A stretch of 64,000 bases of DNA from Thermoguttaceae bacterium (GTDB lineage Bacteria > Planctomycetota > Planctomycetia > Pirellulales > Thermoguttaceae), in NCBI GenBank assembly GCA_963674475.2, contig CAXXFQ010000019.1, positions 410,168 through 474,167 on the forward strand, in the 5' to 3' direction. A program made the translations under genes and the position numbers. Below the pieces are notes generated by a model. That model worked only from the letters and a program-made list of their open reading frames with translations. It was not told the DNA's origin and did no database searches. Below, piece by piece: positions 1 through 8,906 of the stretch (within the stretch, counting starts at the first letter, position 1; every line of letters starts with the position of its first letter).

Positions 1-636
1 TGCAGCGGGGCGTTGACGTCGTAGGTCATGTACTGCTCGAAGACGTGGACGAACGTGTCGACGATTCCGTTGGAAACCTGACGTTGCGGCAACGTGAAGG
101 TGACCTCGGGGTCGAGGATGGAAAATTGCGGATAGATCGCCGGATTGGCGAAGGCCAGTTTGTGACCGGTTTCTTTTCGCGAGATGACCGAGAGCATGTT
201 CATCTCCGAGCCGGTTGCCGAGAGAGTCAAGACGCACCCCATGGGCGTGGCCGATTCGATCGACGCGCCTCGGTCCATCAGGATTTTCCACGGCTCGTCA
301 TCGTAACATAAAGCGGCCGGCGATGAACTTCGTCGCGTCGATGACCGATCCGCCGCCGACCGCCAGGAGGAAATCGACCCCTTCGGTTTTGGCCAACTCG
401 ACCGCTTTCATGCAGTGTTCGTATTTGGGATTTGGCTCGATGCCGGGGAACTCCACCACGTCGAAACCTTGCAAAGCGTCGATCACCTGGTCGTAGACCC
501 CGTTCTTTTTGATCGATCCGCCGCCGTAGGTCATCATCACCTTGGCGTTTGGTGGAATCAAATCTTTGAGCTCGGCGATCATTCCTTTGCCGAAGACGAT
601 TTCGACTGGATTATAATAGGTGAAATTCCACATCAC
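1..636 (-). pseudogene. yqhD: Iron-containing (group III) alcohol dehydrogenase, YqhD/NADPH-butanol dehydrogenase-like. The frame is broken by a 1-nt insertion and the 3' end runs off the window.
   Basis: ORF 636->298 reads MMWNFTYYNPVEIVFGKG...LLAVGGGSVIDATKFIA, which is YqhD-like and includes the GGGS motif. It then reads GRFMLR and stops at TGA 300-298. The frame shifted by one base, from about 320 down to the window edge, reads AALCYDDEPWKILMDRGASIESATPMGCVLTLSATGSEMN...LDPEVTFTLPQRQVSNGIVDTFVHVFEQY. That is the expected continuation of the same family. Confidence 0.8.
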
Positions 637-863
637 TTTTTTTCCTTCCTAATTTGCTTTTGCCGAAGCGTGTGCCCTTCGATACCGCGGGTTACGCAGG
701 GACTTGAGGGGAGGATTCGGCTTTAGAATGGTGGTCTTTATTTTCTATCATGAAAGAAAAAAGGTTCAACCCCGAACGAAAAAAGAGGAGTCCATCGATC
801 CAAAGAAGAACTCCTCTTTTCGTTTGTTTCGCTCGAAGAAGATTTTCAGGCTTTTCAATGATT

Positions 864-1238
864 TTATTTCGGCCTTATTTCGGTGCTTCTTCTGTGTTTT
901 GTCTCGGCCGGGGGCGTTACCGAGGGGGCGGCGGGCGCTTCGATGGCCGGTTTTTCCGCCGGAGTTTGCGCCGGAGTTTCTACCTCTTTTTCCGGAGCGA
1001 CCGGTTCTTTGGTTTCGACGACCGGGGTTTCGGAAGGAGTGGTCGGCGATTCGACCACGATCTCTTCGACCTCGACGGTTCCTTCAACCGCCGTGTCCGT
1101 CTCTGGGGCAGCTACCTCGGCTTTTTCTGCCTCCTCGGCAGGCGCTTTCTGGTAGGCGGCACGCTCGGCGGTTGGTTGGCAACCGATCGCAAGGGCAATC
1201 AGGCTTACGGTCATGATAAAAAGAGCAAAATATCTCAT
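864..1238 (-). CDS. Probable lipoprotein with a Pro/Glu/Thr/Ala-rich low-complexity body
   Basis: The N-terminus MRYFALFIMTVSLIALAIGC has a hydrophobic signal and a lipobox-like AIGC. GGAGAGG lies about 8 nt upstream of the ATG on the minus strand. The remainder is an acidic PT-rich linker-like sequence. Confidence 0.55.
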   Translation of the reverse strand: MRYFALFIMTVSLIALAIGCQPTAERAAYQKAPAEEAEKAEVAAPETDTAVEGTVEVEEIVVESPTTPSETPVVETKEPVAPEKEVETPAQTPAEKPAIEAPAAPSVTPPAETKHRRSTEIRPK

Positions 1239-1815
1239 TCAATCACCTCTCCTCAAGAAAGGACCAGAAAAAAAGAAATGTTTGTAATGGTTCACGCCAT
1301 CCGACGCAAAAAAAATTCCACGGTCGGAAGCAGGCGTTTTTCTCCGAATCATGAAAGGTTTTCCGAATTCGCTTCGGTAGCCGATCAGGGGGTGGGCCGG
1401 TTTGTCGGATCGGGCCAATTGGTTTTCGAAAATAGGAGAAGCTGATTCATCTTGGAAAAGGAGTAATCACGCGTTCTGCAACGGTACAGATAGAGCAAAA
1501 ACCCTTTCATTCCGGAATAAAATGGCTTCTGCAAAAAAATAGGTCGGTTTTGGGGTAGGTTGGTTTGACGGGAAAAGAATTCCGGTTTATTTCACTTCGC
1601 ACGGCGGGCAGAAGTGATCAAGGGGCTACCTCGACTGAAAAAGCCCGTTTTTTAACCCGGGCTGGGGGGATAAGGGGGGAAGGCCGTGGAATCGAAAGTG
1701 GCGTTCCCCCTGGACTCGTGCCGAAAAAACTGCTAGGATAAAAGGTTTGGGGGAATTTTATAGACACTTCCCCCAAAAAAACTCAAAACGGTCCATCTTT
1801 GGAGATAATCAGGAA

Positions 1816-2038
1816 ATGGCAAAAAAAGAAGAAGCTCTCGAAGTTGAGGGCGTCGTCACCGAGGCGTTGGCGAATACCCGTTTTCGCGTCGAGTTGGAAG
1901 GCGGCCACATGGTCATCGCTCACGTTGCGGGCAAAATGCGGAAGCACTTCATTCGTATCGTCCCCTGGCGACAAGGTAACGGTTGAACTCTCCCCTTACG
2001 ACCTGACCAAGGGTCGCATTACCTACCGCGAGCGTTAA
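1816..2038 (+). pseudogene. infA: Translation initiation factor IF-1 (infA), interrupted by one extra C in a C-run. This may be an assembly artefact.
   Basis: The frame from ATG 1816 (GGAGA upstream) reads [50 protein letters not shown], then WRQGNG and a stop at 1984-1986. The next frame continues [23 protein letters not shown] and stops at 2036-2038, which is the canonical IF-1 C-terminus. Total length is 223 nt, i.e. 222+1. Confidence 0.85.
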
Positions 2039-2509
2039 AATAGTCGGCCGAAAAGACCCCATCCGGCCCGTTTCAGCCGACTGCTGGAGGTCAAGTTCGC
2101 CCCGCCGCCCCCCGCTTGGGGCTCTTTATTCCGTGATATCTTACGGTTTCTGAGGGGGACGGCTTGATCTGCGGACAAGAGGGCCCTTTCTGAATCCCTT
2201 TGGTTTCCCCTCTCTTTTTTTCACCACGAGTGAACTCTTTTTGCATGCGCCCACGTATTTCTATTCGGGGCGTCTTTCAGCTGGAAGTAGATTTTTCGAA
2301 GATGAAAATTTACTTCACGTTAGGTTCTGGGAATCCCCGCAGCATTTATGCGAAAGGCGCCAGAACTGTAGCTCTCGGCTGAAAAATGGCCAGTTACCTG
2401 TTTTGGTATAAACTGGGGTTTGGGAAAGGAGGAGTGTGTCATAAAATAGATTCTGATTAAGTTGATTTTTATTCACGCTCGGTAATTGTCTTGTTTTTCC
2501 TGAGATTCA

Positions 2510-4306
2510 ATGGGGTATAGAAAAATGTCGTTTCTTTCACGGAGGATGGAAGCCGTTTTGGTTGTGGCAGCCTTGTTTTGCTCGGCGGCGAGCACGGTCC
2601 ATGCCCAGCAGGCAGTCGAACCGGTCCTGACGGCCGGGATTGACTCGGTCGATTCGTATATGAGGCTTCTTGGCAAGCAGTTTTCGGACGACCAACTCGA
2701 AGCGTTGACCGGTATCGAGTCGGGGCGACCGGCCGGTCTGGTTCTTCCGTTGACGCTGTTTGGCGGGTATGCCTTTTTGCCGGTCAGTGATTTCGACACG
2801 TTCGTCCGGTTTCTCGAATCAACCGGCAAGACGGTCGAGCCGTCGAAGGGGAAAGAGGGGATTCTCCGAATTCGCGGAGAGGGGACCATTCAACCCCTGG
2901 TGATGACGCAAAAGGGAAATTGGGCTTTTTTCGCGATCTCGCCGATCTTTTTATCGAATGTGTCCCAAGAACCGGAGCAGATGCTTGGGTATCTGGGCGA
3001 TTATTCGATTGCCACGAAGGCCCACCTCGGCAACCTCCCGCTGCATTGGAAGCAATTGGTCATCGGTCTCTTCGAGTCTGCGGAAATGCAAGCCGGGTTC
3101 ACTTTACCCACGAAACAAATGGTGCCGTTTGCTGAAGAATCGTTCCACGCGATTGTCGAGGAGGTCGTGGCGATTGTCAACGAATCTCGTTCGGTGTGCG
3201 TCGGGGTTCAAATGGACGACGAGAACGAGGCTGCCCTGGTCGATCTTCGTCTGGAAGCCGAGCCGGGAAGCAAATTGGCCGAGGGCTGGAATCAATCGAA
3301 GGCGGTCCCCTCGCAGTTTGCCGGATTTTATCTTCCCGAGGCGACGTTGTCCGGCAATGTGGTCCAACCGTTGGACCCCGGCACGAAAGCGTTTTTCCAG
3401 CTGGTAAGACTTCTGTTTGAAGAGAATTTTTCCAACCCCCCGGTTAGAGAAGAAATCAGTGAAGCGGATCAGGCTGTCGCGGAAGGAGAGACCGAAAAGT
3501 CGGACGAAAAAGCCGAAGAAAATGCCGAGGAAAAGCCGGTAAAGACCGAGGAGGAGATCGCGCGGGAAGAGGCAGAGAAAAAGCTTGCCGAAGCCGAGCG
3601 GGAGGAGAGCCTCGCTGCGGCTCGAAAGTTGACCGACCTGATTTTTGCCCCGTGGGAGGCGGATCGTCTCGACGCCGGGTTCGCCTTGCAGGGAGATCTT
3701 GCCTCGAACGGTTGGAGTCTGGTCGCGGGGGCGAAGGTTGCCGACACGGCGAAGTTTGAAAAGCAGTTTCGCGAACTGATCGACCTTTATCGTCCCCATC
3801 TGTCCGTTTTCAATATCCAAGTAAAGTTCGACGCCCACGAATATGGGGAGGTTCGCTTGCACGAACTCATTCTTCCGCTCTCGCCACTGTCGGACAAGGT
3901 GCCAGTGGCGCTGGGGGAAAATCTGACGGTGCTGGTCGGGACGGGGCCTGAATCGGTCTATTTGGCCTTCGGGGCCGACGCCCTGAAACGACTGAAGGCG
4001 GCGATCTTTCTTTCGCAAGCGAAAGCTGACGAACCGGTCTGCTCGGCCCGTTTTTCGGTCGCGGTGGCCCCGCTTATGCAAAGTTACTTATCGACGACCG
4101 ACGATTCCACGGAGGACAGTGCCAAGGGGCCGCTTTTTGCTGAAAAGCTCACGACCTTGAGCGGATCGGACGGAGATCGGGTGACGTTCACGGCCGAGTC
4201 GTTGCGGGACGGGCAGTTGCTTCGTTTTCGAGTCGAGGAAGGGGTTTTGCGGGCTTTGATAGGCAATAACCTCTTTCCTCCCGCGGTCGAAACGGTGAAA
4301 AAATGA
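2510..4306 (+). CDS. Secreted protein of unknown function, paralogue 1 of a tandem pair, with an E/K-rich charged insert
   Basis: 598-aa ORF with a signal peptide (...ALFCSAASTVHA|QQ). It shares many blocks with the next gene, including PVSDFD, TQKGNWA, FAGFYLPEA, AGAKVAD and VKFDA. An alternative ATG lies at 2525. Confidence 0.8.
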   Translation: MGYRKMSFLSRRMEAVLVVAALFCSAASTVHAQQAVEPVLTAGIDSVDSYMRLLGKQFSDDQLEALTGIESGRPAGLVLPLTLFGGYAFLPVSDFDTFVRFLESTGKTVEPSKGKEGILRIRGEGTIQPLVMTQKGNWAFFAISPIFLSNVSQEPEQMLGYLGDYSIATKAHLGNLPLHWKQLVIGLFESAEMQAGFTLPTKQMVPFAEESFHAIVEEVVAIVNESRSVCVGVQMDDENEAALVDLRLEAEPGSKLAEGWNQSKAVPSQFAGFYLPEATLSGNVVQPLDPGTKAFFQLVRLLFEENFSNPPVREEISEADQAVAEGETEKSDEKAEENAEEKPVKTEEEIAREEAEKKLAEAEREESLAAARKLTDLIFAPWEADRLDAGFALQGDLASNGWSLVAGAKVADTAKFEKQFRELIDLYRPHLSVFNIQVKFDAHEYGEVRLHELILPLSPLSDKVPVALGENLTVLVGTGPESVYLAFGADALKRLKAAIFLSQAKADEPVCSARFSVAVAPLMQSYLSTTDDSTEDSAKGPLFAEKLTTLSGSDGDRVTFTAESLRDGQLLRFRVEEGVLRALIGNNLFPPAVETVKK

Positions 4307-4537
4307 CGCGGTTTGAAGTATTGCCGGATTTTTGAGTCCTCCTTTTTTCGCTTTCCTTGGCTTTACTTTTGTTAATGATGCACTATATTTTACGGAGGCC
4401 AAATTTCGGCTTCCCCCGTGTGAGGCGAAACCGGTTTTCTGGCTCAAATGGTATTTTCGACCGTCGACGGATGGTCTAAAATGTCCCCGAACTTGTAGAC
4501 TACTTTTTTTACCCCCTCCTATTGCCTTTTTTTGCCG

Positions 4538-6274
4538 ATGACGGAGAAACCTAAAATGAGGATGCGATCCCTGTTTCGCGCGGCGTTGCCGATTTTGTTC
4601 GTTTTGAGCCTTTTTCTTCCGACTTTCAGTCCGGCTCCTGCCGCCGCGCAGGAATCGGTCAAGCCGGTGTTGACCGTCGGTATTGCCGGTTTCGACCAGA
4701 TCAAGCAGAAGGTCGGCTATCTCGGGAAACTGGCCAATAACCCGGCGCTGGCGGAAAGTTTGGAGCTGATTCTTACCTCCAAAACCGACGTTCTGGACAG
4801 TCTCGATCGGAAGCGGCCCGCCGGGGTGATCGTGTTGCCCGATCCGATTACTCTGATCGGAGGGTATATCTTTTTGCCGGTCAGCGATTTCGACGCGTTT
4901 ACCAAATCGCTCGAATCGGCCGGAGTCACAGTCGAACCGCTCGACGGTCAAGAGACCGTTTTTCAGATCAGCCATCCCGACAAGGGGATGTCGTTGTTTT
5001 TGACCCAGAAGGGGAACTGGGCCTATCTGGCCATCTCGCCGACCGCCTTCGCACTGGTTGCCGACGAACCGGACAAGTTGGTGGGGGACCTGGGCGACTA
5101 CACGATGGCCGTGCAGCTGTTGATGAAAAACCTGCCCGAGCCGTTGAAAAACATGCTTATCGGTCAGGTCGAAGTTGGCCTGACGTTGGGTCTGGAGCAG
5201 GAGTCGGACGAATCAGACGAGCAGTACGCCCTTCGGGTGCAGGCGGCAGAAAACTCGGTCAAACAGCTCAAGCGGTTTGTCAACGAGTTGGAAACGATGA
5301 TGATCGGTTTTCAGCTGAACGAGAAAAACGAAACGGCTTATTTCGATTTCCGGGCCGAAGCGGTGTCGGGAACCGGTCTGGCCAAGCAGTGGAACCTCCA
5401 AAAGGACGGTCCCTCGAAATTTGCCGGATTTTATCTGCCCGAGGCGATCTTGACGGGCAACGTTCAAGCCGCGCTTGATGACGAGTCAATCGAGCAGTTC
5501 AAAAACAATATGCTTCTTGGCGTTGGCCAGTTCAACGAGGGAATCGACTCCAATGAAGAGCTCTCCGAAGAGCAAAAGGAGAAAGCCAAGGCTTTTGTCG
5601 GGAAAACGGTCGATCTGTGGATCGGCACGATCGAAACGGGCAAGGTCGACCTCGGTTTGGCCGTGCAGTCGGGTTCTTCCCCGAAAAGCCTCAGCTTGAT
5701 CGCCGGAGCGAAAGTGGCCGACGGAGCCGGATTCGATAAGCAGTTTCGCGAGATAATTGAAGTGGCTCAGCAGGAAAAGAACGGGCTGAACCTTGAGGTC
5801 AAGTTCGACGCTTCGAAATATGGCGACATTCAATTCCATCAGATCATCGTGCCGATCCCCGAGGAACCGGCCGAGTTGCGGGCCGCCTTGGATGAAAAGC
5901 TGACCATCCTCGTCGGGACCGCGTCGGAAGCGGTGTATTTGGCCGCCGGGGCCGATGCCCAGACCCGTTTGGAAATCGCGATTGCCCGCTCGAAAGAGAT
6001 GGCGGACGAGTCGGTTCTGTCGAGTCGGTTTTCGTTGGCGGTGGTTTCGCTTTTGCAGAACGCGGCGCAAATTGTTCAAAAACCTGAAGTGAAGCAGTCG
6101 CTGGCCATGTCGCTTGCCTTCCTGGCCCAAGCCGGAGCAGAGGACCGGGTGGTCGTGACCACGCAATCGATTCCCGACGGAACCCTTCAGCGGATCGAGA
6201 TGCAGAAAGGGCTTTTGCGCGTTCTGGGAACCCTGGCGACGATGGGGCAAATGTTTGGGGCGGCTGGAAATTAA
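4538..6274 (+). CDS. Secreted protein of unknown function, paralogue 2 of the tandem pair
   Basis: The ORF opens at TTG 4532 and the first ATG is at 4538. It has a signal peptide (...FSPAPAAA|QE) and block-wise similarity to 2510-4306 along its whole length. Confidence 0.8.
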   Translation: MTEKPKMRMRSLFRAALPILFVLSLFLPTFSPAPAAAQESVKPVLTVGIAGFDQIKQKVGYLGKLANNPALAESLELILTSKTDVLDSLDRKRPAGVIVLPDPITLIGGYIFLPVSDFDAFTKSLESAGVTVEPLDGQETVFQISHPDKGMSLFLTQKGNWAYLAISPTAFALVADEPDKLVGDLGDYTMAVQLLMKNLPEPLKNMLIGQVEVGLTLGLEQESDESDEQYALRVQAAENSVKQLKRFVNELETMMIGFQLNEKNETAYFDFRAEAVSGTGLAKQWNLQKDGPSKFAGFYLPEAILTGNVQAALDDESIEQFKNNMLLGVGQFNEGIDSNEELSEEQKEKAKAFVGKTVDLWIGTIETGKVDLGLAVQSGSSPKSLSLIAGAKVADGAGFDKQFREIIEVAQQEKNGLNLEVKFDASKYGDIQFHQIIVPIPEEPAELRAALDEKLTILVGTASEAVYLAAGADAQTRLEIAIARSKEMADESVLSSRFSLAVVSLLQNAAQIVQKPEVKQSLAMSLAFLAQAGAEDRVVVTTQSIPDGTLQRIEMQKGLLRVLGTLATMGQMFGAAGN

Positions 6275-6316
6275 GCTTTTTGGGAAGCCGACTTTTTCCG
6301 CATGAAATAAATTAGA

Positions 6317-6361
6317 AAAAGGGCGATCGCCTAAACGTGGGCGGTGGCCCTTTTGTTTTTT
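6317..6361 (+). terminator. Rho-independent terminator after the paralogue pair
   Basis: AAAAGGGCGATCGCC-loop-GGCGGTGGCCCTTTT forms an imperfect stem of about 15 bp, followed by GTTTTTT. Confidence 0.7.
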
Positions 6362-6804
6362 GGGAGTCGGAGAAAGAGGTGTTTTTCAACTTGTCGCAAG
6401 GGGCAGGTTCCCGAGTTTTTGAAACGTTTTTCCAATGTGTGGCTTGGGGAAGCTGACATAACCCTCGAAATAGGGGGGGATTGGATGGTAGGCAGGGCGG
6501 AAAATATTTTCGATCCAAATAAAAGTCACTTTTACTTCAAACGGTCCCTTTTAGGCAGATTTTTCCCCCGATCGGCCTTTGATTCCCGGAAAATGCTTTG
6601 CATTTTGCCCGTTTTATTTAAAATTAACTGGAGGGAACTGGGCCGATTGTCCGGTGGCTCTTTTCCTTATCAACTCATTTTCCTCACCCCGTTTTTGGGC
6701 AGTGCTTTTCTATCCCCGGAAAGGCGCTGCCCGGTTTTTTTGGCATTGCCAAAAAGGGCCGATACGGGCTATCATGGACGACTCTTGGAAAAAAGTTTAT
6801 TCGG

Positions 6805-7710
6805 ATGGAGCCGATTCAAACTATGCGTACTTCTCTTGCGATGTTCGGTCGATTATCGGTTTTGGCCGTTTGCCTGATCGTGATACCTTTGATTGCCCTC
6901 TTTGGCGGATCCCTGCCCGAGCTGACGAGAACGGTCTTGGATCGTTATTGGAACGGGGAGGTGATCGCTGCAGAGCAGACACTTGAGGAAGCGCCCCGTT
7001 TCGAGCCGACCGTTGCCATTCGGGCACCTGCTGAGCTGTCGCATAGGGCGGCCGCGCCCCTATTTCGCGAAGCGGCTGTCGAGGCCGGTTTGCCGAGGGG
7101 AGAGCAAGTGACGCCCGCTTTTTCGAGGCAGGCCGATCTCAAAGCGGCGAAGTCTCAAGAGGTGTTTCCGGTTGTTTCGAGTCAGCTTCCCACCAACAAG
7201 ACCCAAACGAATCGATTTGTCCCTGCTTCGGCCCAGGCAATGCCGATCCCCGCGGGCGAGTCGGATTTGGCTTCTGGCAGCCGATTTCCACAAGAGATTC
7301 CGTTCACCGCCCAGCCGGTTTCCTTTACCGAGACGGGAAAAAAGGGCTCTGGCTCAATAGCCGCAAGCCCAATGGCCCCTCCTTCGTCCAGTGCCTTGGT
7401 GCCGATCGCGCCGGTTTCGCCTCAGGAGCCGTTTTTCCCAGCGGGAAAAGGAGACGCTCAAGCCGACCGGTTTAGCCAAATTCAGTCTCGGCTTCGACAG
7501 CTCGGAGCGGTTTACTATCGATTGGAGACTTGGGGGGATCGGCCTCAAGGTTTTCGTTTCCACTGTCAAATGGGGATTGAAGGGCAATCGCGTCTGGCCC
7601 AGCAGTTTGAAGCGACTGACACGGTCGCCGTGCGAGCGATGCAGCGGGTTCTGGCCGAGGTCGAATCGTGGCACGCCCAAAGGCAAGGTAAACCGAGTCT
7701 GAGACGATGA
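6805..7710 (+). CDS. Membrane-anchored hypothetical protein, translationally coupled to scpB
   Basis: 301-aa ORF with one N-terminal TM segment (LSVLAVCLIVIPLIALFGG), a Pro/Ser/Ala-rich middle and a compact C-terminal domain (LGAVYYRLETWGDRPQGFRFHCQM...). Its stop overlaps the scpB start as ATGA at 7707-7710. Confidence 0.6.
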   Translation: MEPIQTMRTSLAMFGRLSVLAVCLIVIPLIALFGGSLPELTRTVLDRYWNGEVIAAEQTLEEAPRFEPTVAIRAPAELSHRAAAPLFREAAVEAGLPRGEQVTPAFSRQADLKAAKSQEVFPVVSSQLPTNKTQTNRFVPASAQAMPIPAGESDLASGSRFPQEIPFTAQPVSFTETGKKGSGSIAASPMAPPSSSALVPIAPVSPQEPFFPAGKGDAQADRFSQIQSRLRQLGAVYYRLETWGDRPQGFRFHCQMGIEGQSRLAQQFEATDTVAVRAMQRVLAEVESWHAQRQGKPSLRR

Positions 7711-8594
7711 ATTACCCCGCTTGGCAAGGTCGACCGCTGAACTGGGAGCAGTTGGCAGCCCGAAATCGGAAAACCGTTCGTGGCGGTTGGCAAGCGGTCC
7801 GGGGTGATTGTCGGCAAAACGCTCGCCGGTCGGTCGTCGATTGGCTCTCGATCCGTTCTTCTTTGAAGCAAGACGACCTGCTCCCGCCCGGGCCGACGGT
7901 CCGTCGTGAGGAATTGGCCCTTTTGGAGGCGGTACTTTTCTTGTCGCGTGAGCCGGTGGTTCCTCGAAAGGCGATCGGGCTGGCCGGTCTTGAGCCGGGC
8001 ACTCGGGTCAGCGATTTGATGGGGGAGTTGAACCGGCTTTATGATCGCGAGGAATCCGCTTTTCATATTGTCGAGGTGGCCGGCGGGTTTCAGTTGCGGA
8101 CCCGTGTGGGGTTCAGCTCCTGGTTGCGTCGTCTGCACGGCTCTCAGGTCGAAGTTCGGCTTTCCCCCCCCGCGATGGAGACGTTGGCCGTGGTCGCCTA
8201 TCGCCAGCCGGTTTTGCGGGCCACGATCGAGGCGATTCGTGGGGTGCAATGTGGCGAAATCATTCGACAATTGATGGAGCGGGACTTGATTCGGATCGTC
8301 GGCCGCTCGGAAGATCTGGGCCGCCCGATGCTCTACGGAACCACGAAGCGATTTTTGCAGGTTTTCGGGCTTCGTGATTTGAGTGAGCTGCCCCGTCGGG
8401 AATGGGTCGCTTCGCCGGAGGGGGAGGGGGACACGATGGAAGATCATGAAGAAGAAGGACCTGCCCTGGACGACGAGGAAGGGGCCCCCGATGGTGAACC
8501 GGGCTATTGTGGGAATGGCGATGATTCACTCCCTGTTGAGGAAGTGGTTGACGCCGTTTCTGAAGAGGGTATCCTGGAATGTGAGGATGAATAG
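7707..8594 (+). CDS. scpB: Segregation and condensation protein B (ScpB) with an acidic C-terminal tail
   Basis: The ScpB winged-helix core is present: LEAVLFLSREPV...HIVEVAGGFQLRTR...LSPPAMETLAVVAYRQPVLRATIEAIRGVQCGEIIRQLMERDLIRIVGRSEDLGRPMLYGTTKRFLQVFGL. Confidence 0.85.
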   Translation: MNYPAWQGRPLNWEQLAARNRKTVRGGWQAVRGDCRQNARRSVVDWLSIRSSLKQDDLLPPGPTVRREELALLEAVLFLSREPVVPRKAIGLAGLEPGTRVSDLMGELNRLYDREESAFHIVEVAGGFQLRTRVGFSSWLRRLHGSQVEVRLSPPAMETLAVVAYRQPVLRATIEAIRGVQCGEIIRQLMERDLIRIVGRSEDLGRPMLYGTTKRFLQVFGLRDLSELPRREWVASPEGEGDTMEDHEEEGPALDDEEGAPDGEPGYCGNGDDSLPVEEVVDAVSEEGILECEDE

Positions 8595-8906
8595 GTAGAG
8601 TGGGCTACGCGAAAAGGCTGTAGGCGCTCTTGTGGTGTGGAAGTTAAAAAAAACAGGTCATTCAATTGGGGAAAAGGTGTGGGAAGAGAGGGATTTTGAC
8701 GAAAATAGTTTTTGATACCAATTCCTGTTGAAACGGCACCTTTTCCGGGTGTTTACCCTTTGGGAAAACCCGCTATTTTCACGCGGATGAACGTGCAGTT
8801 TCATCTTTAGGATTTGTATGATAAGGAAATCAGCACCCCTGTTGCTAGTCCTCTGTAGAAATGATTATCTGATTCGATCATCCCTAATCGGATTTAGGAG
8901 AAGAAA

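Noticed and set aside
750-1445. 231-aa plus-strand ORF (and 704-1216, 883-1155)
   Set aside because: It overlaps the minus-strand lipoprotein gene, which has a Shine-Dalgarno, signal peptide and lipobox. The plus-frame products are Arg/Phe/Gly-rich nonsense.
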